A DNA stretch of 64,000 nucleotides, taken from NCBI GenBank assembly GCA_964016885.1, contig OZ024744.1, positions 120,838,001 through 120,902,000 on the forward strand, written 5' to 3'. Positions 43,101-57,600 of the stretch are shown in pieces (positions within the stretch are counted from its first letter, which is position 1; every line of letters begins with the position of its first letter). This DNA is from Eledone cirrhosa. Lineage: Eukaryota. Both the position numbers and the translations under genes were made by a program. The notes below the pieces were generated by a model. It was given only the letters and a program-made list of their open reading frames with translations, did not search any database and had not been told where the DNA came from.

Positions 43101-46100
43101 AGATTCTTTCCTGGGATATTCTAACCACATGTCATAGTATCAGAGCTGTGATCTCTCAATTCAGAGATTCTTTCCTGAGACATTCTAACCACATCTCATA
43201 GTCTAAGAGCTGTGATATCTCAATTCAGAGATTCTTTCCTGAGACATTCTAACCACATGTCATAGAATCAGAGCTGTGATCTCTCAATTCAGAGATTCCT
43301 TCCTGAGACATTCTAACCACATGTCATAGTATTAGAGCTGTGAACTCTCAATTCAGAGATTCTTTCCTGAGAAATTCTAACCTCATGTCTGTAGTATGAG
43401 AGCTGTGATCTCTCAATTCAGAGAATCTTTCCTGGGATATTTAACCACATGTGATAGTATCAGAGCTGTGATCTCTCAATTCAGAGATTCTTTCCTGAGA
43501 CATTCTAACCACATCTCATAGTCTCAGAGCTGTGTTATCTCAATTCAGAGATTCTTTCCTGAGACATTCTAACTCCATGTCCACAGTATCAGAGCTGTGA
43601 TCTCTCAATTCAGAGATTCTTTCCTGAGACATTCTAACCACATGTCATAGTATCATTGCTGTGATCTCTCAATATAGAGATTCTTTCCTGAGATATTCTA
43701 ACCACATGTCATAGTATCAGAGCTGTGATCTCTCAATTCAGAGATTCTTTTCTGGGATATTCTAACCACATGTGATAGTATCAGAGCTGTGATCTCTCAA
43801 TTCAGATATTCTTTCCTGAGACATTCTAACCACATGTCATAGGATCAGAGTTGTGATCTCTCAATTCAGAGATTCTTTCCTGAGATATTCTAACCACATG
43901 TCATAGTATCAGAGCTGTGATCTCTCAATTCAGAGATTCTTTCCTGAGACATTCTAACCACATGTCATAGTATTAGAGCTGTGATCTCTCAATTCAGAGA
44001 TTCTTTCCTGAGAAATTCTACCCTCATGTCTGTAGTATCAGAGCTGTAATCTCTCAATTCAGAGAATCTTTCCTGAGACATTCTTACTCCATGTCCACAG
44101 TATCAGAGCTGTGATCTCTCAATTCAGAGATTCTTTCCTGAGACATTCTAACCACATGTCATATTATCAGTGCTGTGATCTCTCAATATAGAGATTCTTT
44201 CCTGAGATATTCTAAACACATGTCATAGTATCAGAGCTGTGATCTCTCAATTCAGAGATTCTTTCCTAGGATATTCTAACCACATGTCCTAATATCAGAG
44301 CTGTGATCTCTCAATTCAGATATTCTTTCCTGAGACATTCTAACCACATGTCATAGTATCAGAACTGTGATCTCTCAATTCAGAAATTCTTTCCTGAGAC
44401 ATTCTAACCACATGTCATAGTATGAGAGCTGTGAACTCTCAATTCAGAGATTCTTTCCTGATACATTCTAACCACATGTCATAGTATCAGAGCTGTGATC
44501 TCTCAATTCAGAGATTCTTTCCTGAGACATTCTAACCACGTCATAGTATCAGAGCTGTAATATCTCAATTCAGAGATTCTTTCATGAGACATTCTAACCA
44601 CATGTCATAGTATCAGAGCTGTGATCTCTCAATTTAGATATTCTTTCCTGAGATATTCTAACCACATGTCATAGTATCAGAGCTGTGATCTCTCAATTCA
44701 GAGATTCTTTCCTGAGAACTTCTAACCACATGTCTGTAGTATCAGAGCTGTGATCTCTCAATTCAGAGATTCTTTCCTGAGATATTCTAACCACATGTCA
44801 TATTATCAGAGCTGTGATCTCTCAATTCAGAGATTCTTTCCTGAGACATCCTAACCACATGTCATAGTATCAGAGCTGTGAACTCTCAATTCAGAGATTC
44901 TTTCCTGATACATTCTAACCACATGTCATAGTATTAGAGCTGTGATCTCTCAATTCAGAGATTCTTTCCTGAGACATTCTAACCACGTCATAGTATCAGA
45001 GCTGTGATATCTCAATTCAGAGATTCTTTCATGAGACCTTCTAACCACATGTCATAGTATCAGAGCTGTGATCTCTCAATTCAGAGATTCTTTCCTGACA
45101 CATTCTAACCACATGTCATAGTATTAGATCTGTGATCTCTCAATTCAGAGATTCTTTCCTGGGATATTCTAACCACATGTCATATTATCAGAGCTGTGAT
45201 CTCTCAATTCAGAGATTCTTTCCTGAGACATTCTAACCTCATCTCATTGTCTAAGAGCTGTGATATCTCAATTCAGAGATTCTTTCCTGAGAACTTCTAA
45301 CCACATGTCTGTAGTATCAGAGCTGTGATCTCTCAATTCAGAGATTCTTTCCTGAGATATTCTAACCACATGTCATAGTATCAGAGCTGTGATCTCTCAA
45401 TTCAGAGATTCTTTCCTGAGACATTCTAACCACATGTCATAGTATCAGAACTGTGATCTCTCAATTCAGAAATTCTTTGCTGAGACATTCAAACCACATG
45501 TCATAGTAGCAGAGCTGTGAACTCTCAATTCAGAGATTCTTTCCTGATATATTCTAACCACATGTCATAGTATCAGAGCTGTGATCTCTCAATTCAGAGA
45601 TTCTTTCCTGAGACATTCTAAACACGTCATAGTATCAGAGCTGTAATATCTCAATTCAGAGATTCTTTCATGAGACATTCTAACCACATGTCATAGTATC
45701 AGAGCTGTGATCTCTCAATTTAGATATTCTTTCCTGAGATATTCTAACCACATGTCATAGTATTAGAGCTGTGATCTCTCAATTCAGAGATTCTTTCCTG
45801 AGACATTCTAACCACATGTCATAGTATCAGAGCTGTGATCTCTCAATTCAGAGATTCTTTCCTGAGACATTCTAACCACATGTCATAGTATCAGAGCTGT
45901 GAACTCTCAATTCAGAGATTCTTTTCTTATACATTCTAACCACATGTCATAGTATTAGAGCTGTGATCTCTCAATTCAGAGATTCTTTCCTGAGACATTC
46001 TAACCACGTTATAGTATCAGAGCTGTGATATCTCAATTCAGAGATTCTTTCATGAGACATTCTAACCACATGTCATAGTATCAGAGCTGTGATCTCTCAA

Positions 46101-47130
46101 TTCAGAGATTCTTTCCTGAGAACTTCTAACCACATGTCTGTAGTATCAGAGCTGTGATCTCTCAATTCAGAGATTCTTTCCTGAGATATTCTAACCACAT
46201 GCCATAGTATCAGAGCTGTGATCTCTCAATTCAGAGATTCTTTCCTGAGACATTCTAACCACATGTCTGTAGTATCAGAGCTGTGATCTCTCAATTCAGA
46301 GATTCTTTCCTGAGATATTCTAACCACATGTCATATTATCAGAGCTGTGATCTCTCAATTCAGAGATTCTTTCCTGAGACATCCTAACCACATGTCATAG
46401 TATCAGAGCTGTGAACTCTCAATTCAGAGATTCTTTCCTGATACATTCTAACCACATGTCATAGTATTAGAGCTGTGATCTCTCAATTCAGAGATTCTTT
46501 CCTGAGACATTCTAACCACGTCATAGTATCAGAGCTGTGATATCTCAATTCAGAGATTCTTTCATGAGACCTTCTAACCACATGTCATAGTATCAGAACT
46601 GTGATCTCTCAATTCAGAGATTCTTTCCTGAGACATTCTAACCACATGTCATAGTATTAGATCTGTGATCTCTCAATTCAGAGATTCTTTCCTGGGATAT
46701 TCTAACCACATGTCATAGTATCAGAGCTGTGATCTCTCAATTCAGAGATTCTTTCCTGAGACATTCTAACCACATCTCATAGTCTAAGAGCTGTGATATC
46801 TCAATTCAGAGATTCTTTCCTGAGACATTCTAACCGCATGTCATAGAATCAGAGCTGTGATCTCTCAATTCAGAGATTCTTTCCTGAGACGTTCTAATCA
46901 CATGTCATAGCATTAGAGATGTGATCTCTCAATTCAGAGATTCTTTCCTGAGAAATTCTAACCTCATGTCTGTAGTATCAGAGCTGCGATCTCTCAATTC
47001 AGAGAATCTTTCCTGAGACATTCTAATTCCATGTCCACAGTATCAGAGCTGTGATCTCTCAATTCAGAGATTCTTTCCAGAGACATTCTAACCACATGTC
47101 ATAGTATCAGTGCTGTGATCTCTCAATATA
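37145..47130. repeat. Duplication of a ~5.7-kb unit (89 monomers); the upstream copy is shorter by 21+1 monomers
   Basis: Offsets step from 4285 (GAGATTCATT 37601/41886) to 5628 (GCTGTGTTAT 37901/43529) to 5692 (TCCTGACACA 39401/45093, AACCACATGCC 40501/46193, CTTTCCAGAG 41381/47073). Confidence 0.85.
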
Positions 47131-50100
47131 GAGATTCTTTCCTGAGATATTCTAACCACATGTCATAGTATCAGAGCTGTGATCTCTCAATTCAGAGATT
47201 CTTTCCTGGGATATTCTAAGCATATGTCATAGTATTAGAGCTGTGATCTCTCAATTCAGAGATTCTTTCCTGAGACATTCTTACCACATGTCATAGTATC
47301 AGTGCTGTGATATCTCAATTCAGAGATTCTTTCCTGAGACATTCTAACCACGTCATAGTATCAGAGCTGTGATATCTCAATTCAGAGATTCTTTCATGAG
47401 ACATTCTAACCACATGTCATAGTATCAGAGCTGTGATCTCTCAATTTAGATATTCTTTCCTGAGATATTCTAACCACATGTCATAGTATTAGAGCTGTGA
47501 TCTCTCAATTCAGAGATTCTTTCCTGATACATTCTAACCACATGTCATAGTACTAGAGCTGTGATCTCTCAATTCAGAGATTCTTTCCTGAGACATTCTA
47601 ATCACGTCATAGTATCAGAGCTGTGATATCTCAATTCAGATATTCTTTCATGAGACATTCTAACCACATGTCATAGTATCAGAGCTGTGATCTCTCAATT
47701 CAGAGATTCTTCCCTGAGACATTCTAACCACATGTCATAGTATTAGATCTGTGATCTCTCAATTCAGAGATTCTTTCCTGGGATATTCTAACCACATGTC
47801 ATAGTATCAGAGCTGTGATCTCTCAATTCAGAGATTCTTTCCTGAGACATTCTAACCACATCTCATAGTCTAAGAGCTGTGATATCTCAATTCAGAGATT
47901 CTTTCCTGAGACATTCTAACCACATGTCATAGAATCAGAGCTGTGATCTCTCAATTCAGAGATTCCTTCCTGAGACATTCTAACCACATGTCATAGTATT
48001 AGAGCTGTGATCTCTCAATTCAGAGATTCTTTCCTGAGAAATTCTAACCTCATGTCTGTAGTATCAGAGCTGTGATCTCTCAATTCAGAGAATCTTTCCT
48101 GGGATATTCTAACCACATGTGATAGTATCAGAGCTGTGATCTCTCAATTCAGAGATTCTTTCCTGAGACATTCTAACCACATCTCATAGTCTAAGAGCTG
48201 TGATATCTCAATTCAGAGATTCTTTCCTGAGACATTCTAACTCCATGTCCACAGTATCAGAGCTGTGATCTCTCAATTCAGAGATTCTTTCCTGAGACAT
48301 TCTAACCACATGTCATAGTATCGGTGCTGTGATCTCTCAATATAGAGATTCTTTCCTGAGATATTCTAACCACATGTCATAGTATCAGAGCTGTGATCTC
48401 TCAATTCAGAGATTCTTTCCGGGGATATTCTAACCACATGTGATAGTATCAGAGCTGTGATCTCTCAATTCAGATATTCTTTCCTGAGACATTCTAACCA
48501 CATGTCATAGGATCAGAGTTGTGATCTCTCAATTCAGAGATTCTTTCCTGAGACATTCTAACTCCATGTCCACAGTATCAGAGCTGTGATCTCTCAATTC
48601 AGAGATTCTTTCCTGAGACATTCTAACCACATGTCATAGTATCAGTGCTGTGATCTCTCAATATAGAGATTCTTTCCTGAGATATTCTAACCACATGTCA
48701 TAGTATCAGAGCTGTGATCTCTCAATTCAGAGATTCTTTCCTGGGATATTCTAACCACATGTGATAGTATCAGAGCTGTGATCTCTCAATTCAGATATTC
48801 TTTCCTGAGATATTCTAACCACATGTCATAGGATCAGAGTTGTGATCTCTCAATTCAGAGATTCTTTCCTGAGATATTCTAACCACATGTCATAGTATCA
48901 GAGCTGTGATCTCTCAATTCAGAGATTCTTTCCTGAGACATTCTAACCACATGTCATAGTATTAGAGCTGTGATCTCTCAATTCAGAGATTCTTTCCTGA
49001 GAAATTCTAACCTCATGTCTGTAGTATCAGAGCTGTAATCTCTCAATTCAGAGAATCTTTCCTGAGACATTCTTACTCTATGTCCACAGTATCAGAGCTG
49101 TGATCTCTCAATTCAGAGATTCTTTCCTGAGACATTCTAACCACATGTCATATTATCAGTGCTGTGATCTCTCAATATAGAGATTCTTTCCTGAGATATT
49201 CTAAACACATGTCATAGTATCAGAACTGTGATCTCTCAATTCAGAGATTCTTTCCTAGGATATTCTAACCACATGTCCTAATATCAGAGCTCACATCTCT
49301 CAATTCAGATATTCTTTCCTGAGACATTCTAACCACATGTCATAGTATCAGAACTGTGATCTCTCAATTCAGAAATTCTTTCATGAGACATTCTAACCAC
49401 ATGTCATAGTATGAGAGCTGTGAACTCTCAATTCAGAGATTCTTTCCTGATACATTCTAACCACATGTCATAGTATCAGAGCTGTGATCTCTCAATTCAG
49501 AGATTCTTTCCTGAGACATTCTAACCACGTCATAGTATCAGAGCTGTAATATCTCAATTCAGAGATTCTTTCATGAGACATTCTAACCACATGTCATAGT
49601 ATCAGAGCTGTGATCTCTCAATTTAGATATTCTTTCCTGAGATATTCTAACCACATGTCATAGTATCAGAGCTGTGATCTCTCAATTCAGAGATTCTTTC
49701 CTGAGAACTTCTAACCACATGTCTGTAGTATCAGAGCTGTGATCTCTCAATTCAGAGATTCTTTCCTGATACATTCTAACCACATGTCATAGTATTAGAG
49801 CTGTGATCTCTCAATTCAGAGATTCTTTCCTGAGACATTCTAACCACGTCATAGTATCAGAGCTGTGATATCTCAATTCAGAGATTCTTTCATGAGACCT
49901 TCTAACCACATGTCATAGTATCAGAACTGTGATCTCTCAATTCAGAGATTCTTTCCTGAGACATTCTAACCACATGTCATAGTATTAGATCTGTGATCTC
50001 TCAATTCAGAGATTCTTTCCTGGGATATTCTAACCACATGTCATAGTATCAGAGCTGTGATCTCTCAATTCAGAGATTCTTTCCTGAGACATTCTAACCA

Positions 50101-51600
50101 CATCTCATAGTCTAAGAGCTGTGATATCTCAATTCAGAGATTCTTTCCTGAGACATTCTAACCGCATGTCATAGAATCAGAGCTGTGATCTCTCAATTCA
50201 GAGATTCTTTCCTGAGACGTTCTAATCACATGTCATAGCATTAGAGATGTGATCTCTCAATTCAGAGATTCTTTCCTGAGAAATTCTAACCTCATGTCTG
50301 TAGTATCAGAGCTGTGATCTCTCAATTCAGAGAATCTTTCCTGAGACATTCTAATTCCATGTCCACAGTATCAGAGCTGTGATCTCTCAATTCAGAGATT
50401 CTTTCCTGAGACATTCTAACCACATGTCATAGTATCAGTGCTGTGATCTCTCAATATAGAGATTCTTTCCTGAGATATTCTAACCACATGTCATAGTATC
50501 AGAGCTGTGATCTCTCAATTCAGAGATTCTTTCCTGGGATATTCTAAGCACATGTCATAGTATTAGAGCTGTGATCTCTCAATTCAGAGATTCTTTCCTG
50601 AGACATTCTTACCACATGTCATAGTATCAGTGCTGTGATATCTCAATTCAGAGATTCTTTCCTGAGACATTCTAACCACGTCATAGTATCAGAGCTGTGA
50701 TATCTCAATTCAGAGATTCTTTCATGAGACATTCTAACCACATGTCATAGTATCAGAGCTGTGATCTCTCAATTTAGATATTCTTTCCTGAGATATTCTA
50801 ACCACATGTCATAGTATTAGAGCTGTGATCTCTCAATTCAGAGATTCTTTCCTGATACATTCTAACCACATGTCATAGTACTAGAGCTGTGATCTCTCAA
50901 TTCAGAGATTCTTTCCTGAGACATTCTAATCACGTCATAGTATCAGAGCTGTGATATCTCAATTCAGATATTCTTTCATGAGACATTCTAACCACATGTC
51001 ATAGTATCAGAGCTGTGATCTCTCAATTCAGAGATTCTTCCCTGAGACATTCTAACCACATGTCATAGTATTAGATCTGTGATCTCTCAATTCAGAGATT
51101 CTTTCCTGGGATATTCTAACCACATGTCATAGTATCAGAGCTGTGATCTCTCAAATCAGAGATTCTTTCCTGAGACATTCTAACCACATTTCATAGTCTA
51201 AGAGCTGTGATATCTCAATTCAGAGATTCTTTCCTGAGACATTCTAACCACATGTCATAGAATCAGAGCTGTGATCTCTCAATTCAGAGATTCCTTCCTG
51301 AGACATTCTAACCACATGTCATAGTATTAGAGCTGTGATCTCTCAATTCAGAGATTCTTTCCTGAGAAATTCTAACCTCATGTCTGTAGTATCAGAGCTG
51401 TGATCTCTCAATTCAGAGAATCTTTCCTGGGATATTCTAACCACATGTGATAGTATCAGAGCTGTGATCTCTCAATTCAGAGATTCTTTCCTGAGACATT
51501 CTAACCACATCTCATAGTCTAAGAGCTGTGATATCTCAATTCAGAGATTCTTTCCTGAGACATTCTAACGCCATGTCCACAGTATCAGAGCTGTGATCTC
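46420..51600. repeat. Block duplication, offset 3328 bp (52 monomers)
   Basis: GACGTTCTAATC at 46888 and 50216, and TACTAGAG at 47551 and 50879. Confidence 0.8.
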
Positions 51601-51649
51601 TCAATTCAGAGATTCTTTCCTGAGACATTCTAACCACATGTCATTGGTA

Positions 51650-54600
51650 TCAGTGCTGTGATCTCTCAATATAGAGATTCTTTCCTGAGATATTCTAACC
51701 ACATGTCATAGTATCAGAGCTGTGATCTCTCAATTCAGAGATTCTTTCCTGGGATATTCTAACCACATGTGATAGTATCAGAGCTGTGATCTCTCAATTC
51801 AGATATTCTTTCCTGAGACATTCTAACCACATGTCATAGGATCAGAGTTGTGATCTCTCAATTCAGAGATTCTTTCCTGAGATATTCTAACCACATGTCA
51901 TAGTATCAGAGCTGTGATCTCTCAATTCAGAGATTCTTTCCTGAGATATTCTAACCACATGTCATAGTATTAGAGCTGTGATCTCTCAATTCAGAGATTC
52001 TTTCCTGAGAAATTCTAACCTCATGTCTGTAGTATCAGAGCTGTAATCTCTCAATTCAGAGAATCTTTCCTGAGACATTCTTACTCCATGTCCACAGTAT
52101 CAGAGCTGTGATCTCTCAATTCAGATATTCTTTCCTGAGACATTCTAACCACATGTCATAGTATCAGAACTGTGATCTCTCAATTCAGAAATTCTTTCCT
52201 GAGACATTCTAACCACATGTCATAGTATGAGAGCTGTGAACTCTCAATTCAGAGATTCTTTCCTGATACATTCTAACCACATGTCATAGTATCAGAGCTG
52301 TAATATCTCAATTCAGAGATTCTTTCATGAGACATTCTAACCACATGTCATAGTATCAGAGCTGTGATCTCTCAATTTAGATATTCTTTCCTGAGATATT
52401 CTAACCACATGTCATAGTATCAGAGCTGTGATCTCTCAATTCAGAGATTCTTTCCTGAGAACTTCTAACCACATGTCTGTAGTATCAGAGCTGTGATCTC
52501 TCAATTCAGAGATTCTTTCCTGAGATATTCTAACCACATGTCATATTATCAGAGCTGTTATCTCTCAATTCAGAGATTCTTTCCTGAGACATCCTAACCA
52601 CATGTCATAGTATCAGAGCTGTGAACTCTCAATTCAGAGATTCTTTCCTGATACATTCTAACCACATGTCATAGTATTAGAGCTGTGATCTCTCAATTCA
52701 GAGATTCTTTCCTGAGACATTCTAACCACGTCATAGTATCAGAGCTGTGATATCTCAATTCAGAGATCCTTTCATGAGACCTTCTAACCACATGTCATAG
52801 TATCAGAGCTGTGATCTCTCAATTCAGAGATTCTTTCCTGAGACATTCTAACCACATGTCATAGTATTAGATCTGTGATCTCTCAATTCAGAGATTCTTT
52901 CCTGGGATATTCTAACCACATGTCATATTATCAGAGCTGTGATCTCTCAATTCAGAGATTCTTTCCTGAGACATTCTAACCTCATCTCATAGTCTAAGAG
53001 CTGTGATATCTCAATTCAGAGATTCTTTCCTGAGAACTTCTAACCACATGTCTGTAGTATCAGAGCTGTGATCTCTCAATTCAGAGATTCTTTTCTGAGA
53101 TATTCTAACCACATGTCATAGTATCAGAGCTGTGATCTCTCAATTCAGAGATTCTTTCCTGAGACATTCTAACCACATGTCATAGTATCAGAACTGTGAT
53201 CTCTCAATTCAGAAATTCTTTGCTGAGACATTCAAACCACATGTCATAGTAGCAGAGCTGTGAACTCTCAATTCAGAGATTCTTTCCTGATATATTCTAA
53301 CCACATGTCATAATATCAGAGCTGTGATCTCTCAATTCAGAGATTCTTTCCTGAGACATTCTAAACACGTCATAGTATCAGAGCTGTAATATCTCAATTC
53401 AGAGATTCTTTCATGAGACATTCTAACCACATGTCATAGTATCAGAGCTGTGATCTCTCAATTTAGATATTCTTTCCTGAGATATTCTAACCACATGTCA
53501 TAGTATTAGAGCTGTGATCTCTCAATTCAGAGATTCTTTCCTGAGACATTCTAACCACATGTCATAGTATCAGAGCTGTGATCTCTCAATTCAGAGATTC
53601 TTTCCTGAGACATTCTAACCACATGTCATAGTATCAGAACTGTGATCTCTCAATTCAGAAATTCTTTCCTGAGACATTCTAACCACATGTCATAGTATCA
53701 GAGCTGTGAACTCTCAATTCAGAGATTCTTTTCTTATACATTCTAACCACATGTCATAGTATTAGAGCTGTGATCTCTCAATTCAGAGATTCTTTCCTGA
53801 GACATTCTAACCACGTTATAGTATCAGAGCTGTGATATCTCAATTCAGAGATTCTTTCATGAGACATTCTAACCACATGTCATAGTATCAGAGCTGTGAT
53901 CTCTCAATTCAGAGATTCTTTCCTGAGAACTTCTAACCACATGTCTGTAGTATCAGAGCTGTGATCTCTCAATTCAGAGATTCTTTTCTGAGATATTCTA
54001 ACCACATGTCATAGTATCAGAGCTGTGATCTCTCAATTCAGAGATTCTTTCCTGAGACATTCTAACCACATGTCATAGTATCAGAACTGTGATCTCTCAA
54101 TTCAGAAATTCTTTGCTGAGACATTCAAACCACATGTCATAGTAGCAGAGCTGTGAACTCTCAATTCAGAGATTCTTTCCTGATATATTCTAACCACATG
54201 TCATAGTATCAGAGCTGTGATCTCTCAATTCAGAGATTCTTTCCTGAGACATTCTAAACACGTCATAGTATCAGAGCTGTAATATCTCAATTCAGAGATT
54301 CTTTCATGAGACATTCTAACCACATGTCATAGTATCAGAGCTGTGATCTCTCAATTCAGAAATTCTTTCCTGAGACATTCTAACCACATGTCATAGTATC
54401 AGAGCTGTGAACTCTCAATTCAGAGATTCTTTTCTTATACATTCTAACCACATGTCATAGTATTAGAGCTGTGATCTCTCAATTCAGAGATTCTTTCCTG
54501 AGACATTCTAACCACGTCATAGTATCAGAGCTGTGATATCTCAATTCAGAGATTCTTTCATGAGACATTCTAACCACATGTCATAGTATCAGAGCTGTGA

Positions 54601-57600
54601 TCTCTCAATTTAGATATTCTTTCCTGAGACATTCTAACCACATGTCATAGTATCAGAGCTGTGATCTCTCAATTCAGAGATTCTTTCCTGAGACATTCTA
54701 ACCACATCTCATAGTCTAAGAGCTGTGATATCTCAATTCAGAGATTCTTTCCTGAGACATTCTAACCGCATGTCATAGAATCAGAGCTGTGATCTCTCAA
54801 TTCAGAGATTCTTTCCTGAGACGTTCTAATCACATGTCATAGTATTAGAGCTGTGATCTCTCAATTCAGAGATTCTTTCCTGAGAAATTCTAACCTCATG
54901 TCTGTAGTATCAGAGCTGTGATCTCTCAATTCAGAGAATCTTTCCTGAGACATTCTAATTCCATGTCATAGTATCAGAGCTGTGATCTCTCAATTCAGAG
55001 ATTCTTTCCTGAGACATTCTAACCACATGTCATAGTATCAGTGCTGTGATCTCTCAATATAGAGATTCTTTCCTGAGATATTCTAACCACATGTCATAGT
55101 ATCAGAGCTGTGATCTCTCAATTCAGAGATTCTTTCCTGGGATATTCTAACCACATGTGATAGTATCAGAGCTGTGATCTCTCAATTCAGATATTCTTTC
55201 CTGAGACATTCTAACCACATGTCATAGGATCAGAGTTGTGATCTCTCAATTCAGAGATTCTTTCCTGAGATATTCTAACCACATGTCATAGTATCAGAGC
55301 TGTGATCTCTCAATTCAGAGATTCTTTCCTGAGACATTCTAACCACATGTCATAGTATTAGAGCTGTGATCTCTCAATTCAGAGATTCTTTCCTGAGAAA
55401 TTCTAACCTCATGTCTGTAGTATCAGAGCTGTAATCTCTCAATTCAGAGAATCTTTCCTGAGACATTCTTACTCCATGTCCACAGTATCAGAGCTGTGAT
55501 CTCTCAATTCAGATATTCTTTCCTGAGACATTCTAACCACATGTCATAGTATCAGAACTGTGATCTCTCAATTCAGAAATTCTTTCCTGAGACATTCTAA
55601 CCACATGTCATAGTATGAGAGCTGTGAACTCTCAATTCAGAGATTCTTTCCTGATACATTCTAACCACATGTCATAGTATCAGAGCTGTAATATCTCAAT
55701 TCAGAGATTCTTTCATGAGACATTCTAACCACATGTCATAGTATCAGAGCTGTGATCTCTCAATTTAGATATTCTTTCCTGAGATATTCTAACCACATGT
55801 CATAGTATCAGAGCTGTGATCTCTCAATTCAGAGATTCTTTCCTGAGAACTTCTAACCACATGTCTGTAGTATCAGAGCTGTGATCTCTCAATTCAGAGA
55901 TTCTTTCCTGAGATATTCTAACCACATGTCATATTATCAGAGCTGTGATCTCTCAATTCAGAGATTCTTTCCTGAGACATCCTAACCACATGTCATAGTA
56001 TCAGAGCTGTGAACTCTCAATTCAGAGATTCTTTCCTGATACATTCTAACCACATGTCATAGTATTAGAGCTGTGATCTCTCAATTCAGAGATTCTTTCC
56101 TGAGACATTCTAACCACGTCATAGTATCAGAGCTGTGATATCTCAATTCAGAGATCCTTTCATGAGACCTTCTAACCACATGTCATAGTATCAGAGCTGT
56201 GATCTCTCAATTCAGAGATTCTTTCCTGAGACATTCTAACCACATGTCATAGTATTAGATCTGTGATCTCTCAATTCAGAGATTCTTTCCTGGGATATTC
56301 TAACCACATGTCATATTATCAGAGCTGTGATCTCTCAATTCAGAGATTCTTTCCTGAGACATTCTAACCTCATCTCATAGTCTAAGAGCTGTGATATCTC
56401 AATTCAGAGATTCTTTCCTGAGAACTTCTAACCACATGTCTGTAGTATCAGAGCTGTGATCTCTCAATTCAGAGATTCTTTTCTGAGATATTCTAACCAC
56501 ATGTCATAGTATCAGAGCTGTGATCTCTCAATTCAGAGATTCTTTCCTGAGACATTCTAACCACATGTCATAGTATCAGAACTGTGATCTCTCAATTCAG
56601 AAATTCTTTGCTGAGACATTCAAACCACATGTCATAGTAGCAGAGCTGTGAACTCTCAATTCAGAGATTCTTTCCTGATATATTCTAACCACATGTCATA
56701 ATATCAGAGCTGTGATCTCTCAATTCAGAGATTCTTTCCTGAGACATTCTAAACACGTCATAGTATCAGAGCTGTAATATCTCAATTCAGAGATTCTTTC
56801 ATGAGACATTCTAACCACATGTCATAGTATCAGAGCTGTGATCTCTCAATTTAGATATTCTTTCCTGAGATATTCTAACCACATGTCATAGTATTAGAGC
56901 TGTGATCTCTCAATTCAGAGATTCTTTCCTGAGACATTCTAACCACATGTCATAGTATCAGAGCTGTGATCTCTCAATTCAGAGATTCTTTCCTGAGACA
57001 TTCTAACCACATGTCATAGTATCAGAACTGTGATCTCTCAATTCAGAAATTCTTTCCTGAGACATTCTAACCACATGTCATAGTATCAGAGCTGTGAACT
57101 CTCAATTCAGAGATTCTTTTCTTATACATTCTAACCACATGTCATAGTATTAGAGCTGTGATCTCTCAATTCAGAGATTCTTTCCTGAGACATTCTAACC
57201 ACGTTATAGTATCAGAGCTGTGATATCTCAATTCAGAGATTCTTTCATGAGACATTCTAACCACATGTCATAGTATCAGAGCTGTGATCTCTCAATTCAG
57301 AGATTCTTTCCTGAGAACTTCTAACCACATGTCTGTAGTATCAGAGCTGTGATCTCTCAATTCAGAGATTCTTTTCTGAGATATTCTAACCACATGTCAT
57401 AGTATCAGAGCTGTGATCTCTCAATTCAGAGATTCTTTCCTGAGACATTCTAACCACATGTCATAGTATCAGAACTGTGATCTCTCAATTCAGAAATTCT
57501 TTGCTGAGACATTCAAACCACATGTCATAGTAGCAGAGCTGTGAACTCTCAATTCAGAGATTCTTTCCTGATATATTCTAACCACATGTCATAGTATCAG

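Noticed and set aside
1401-43445. Singleton 1-bp indels (extra C ~1406, missing T ~4647, missing C ~43442)
   Set aside because: Each is seen once and is not propagated to sister blocks, and some lie in short homopolymers. They cannot be told apart from sequencing or consensus errors without reads.
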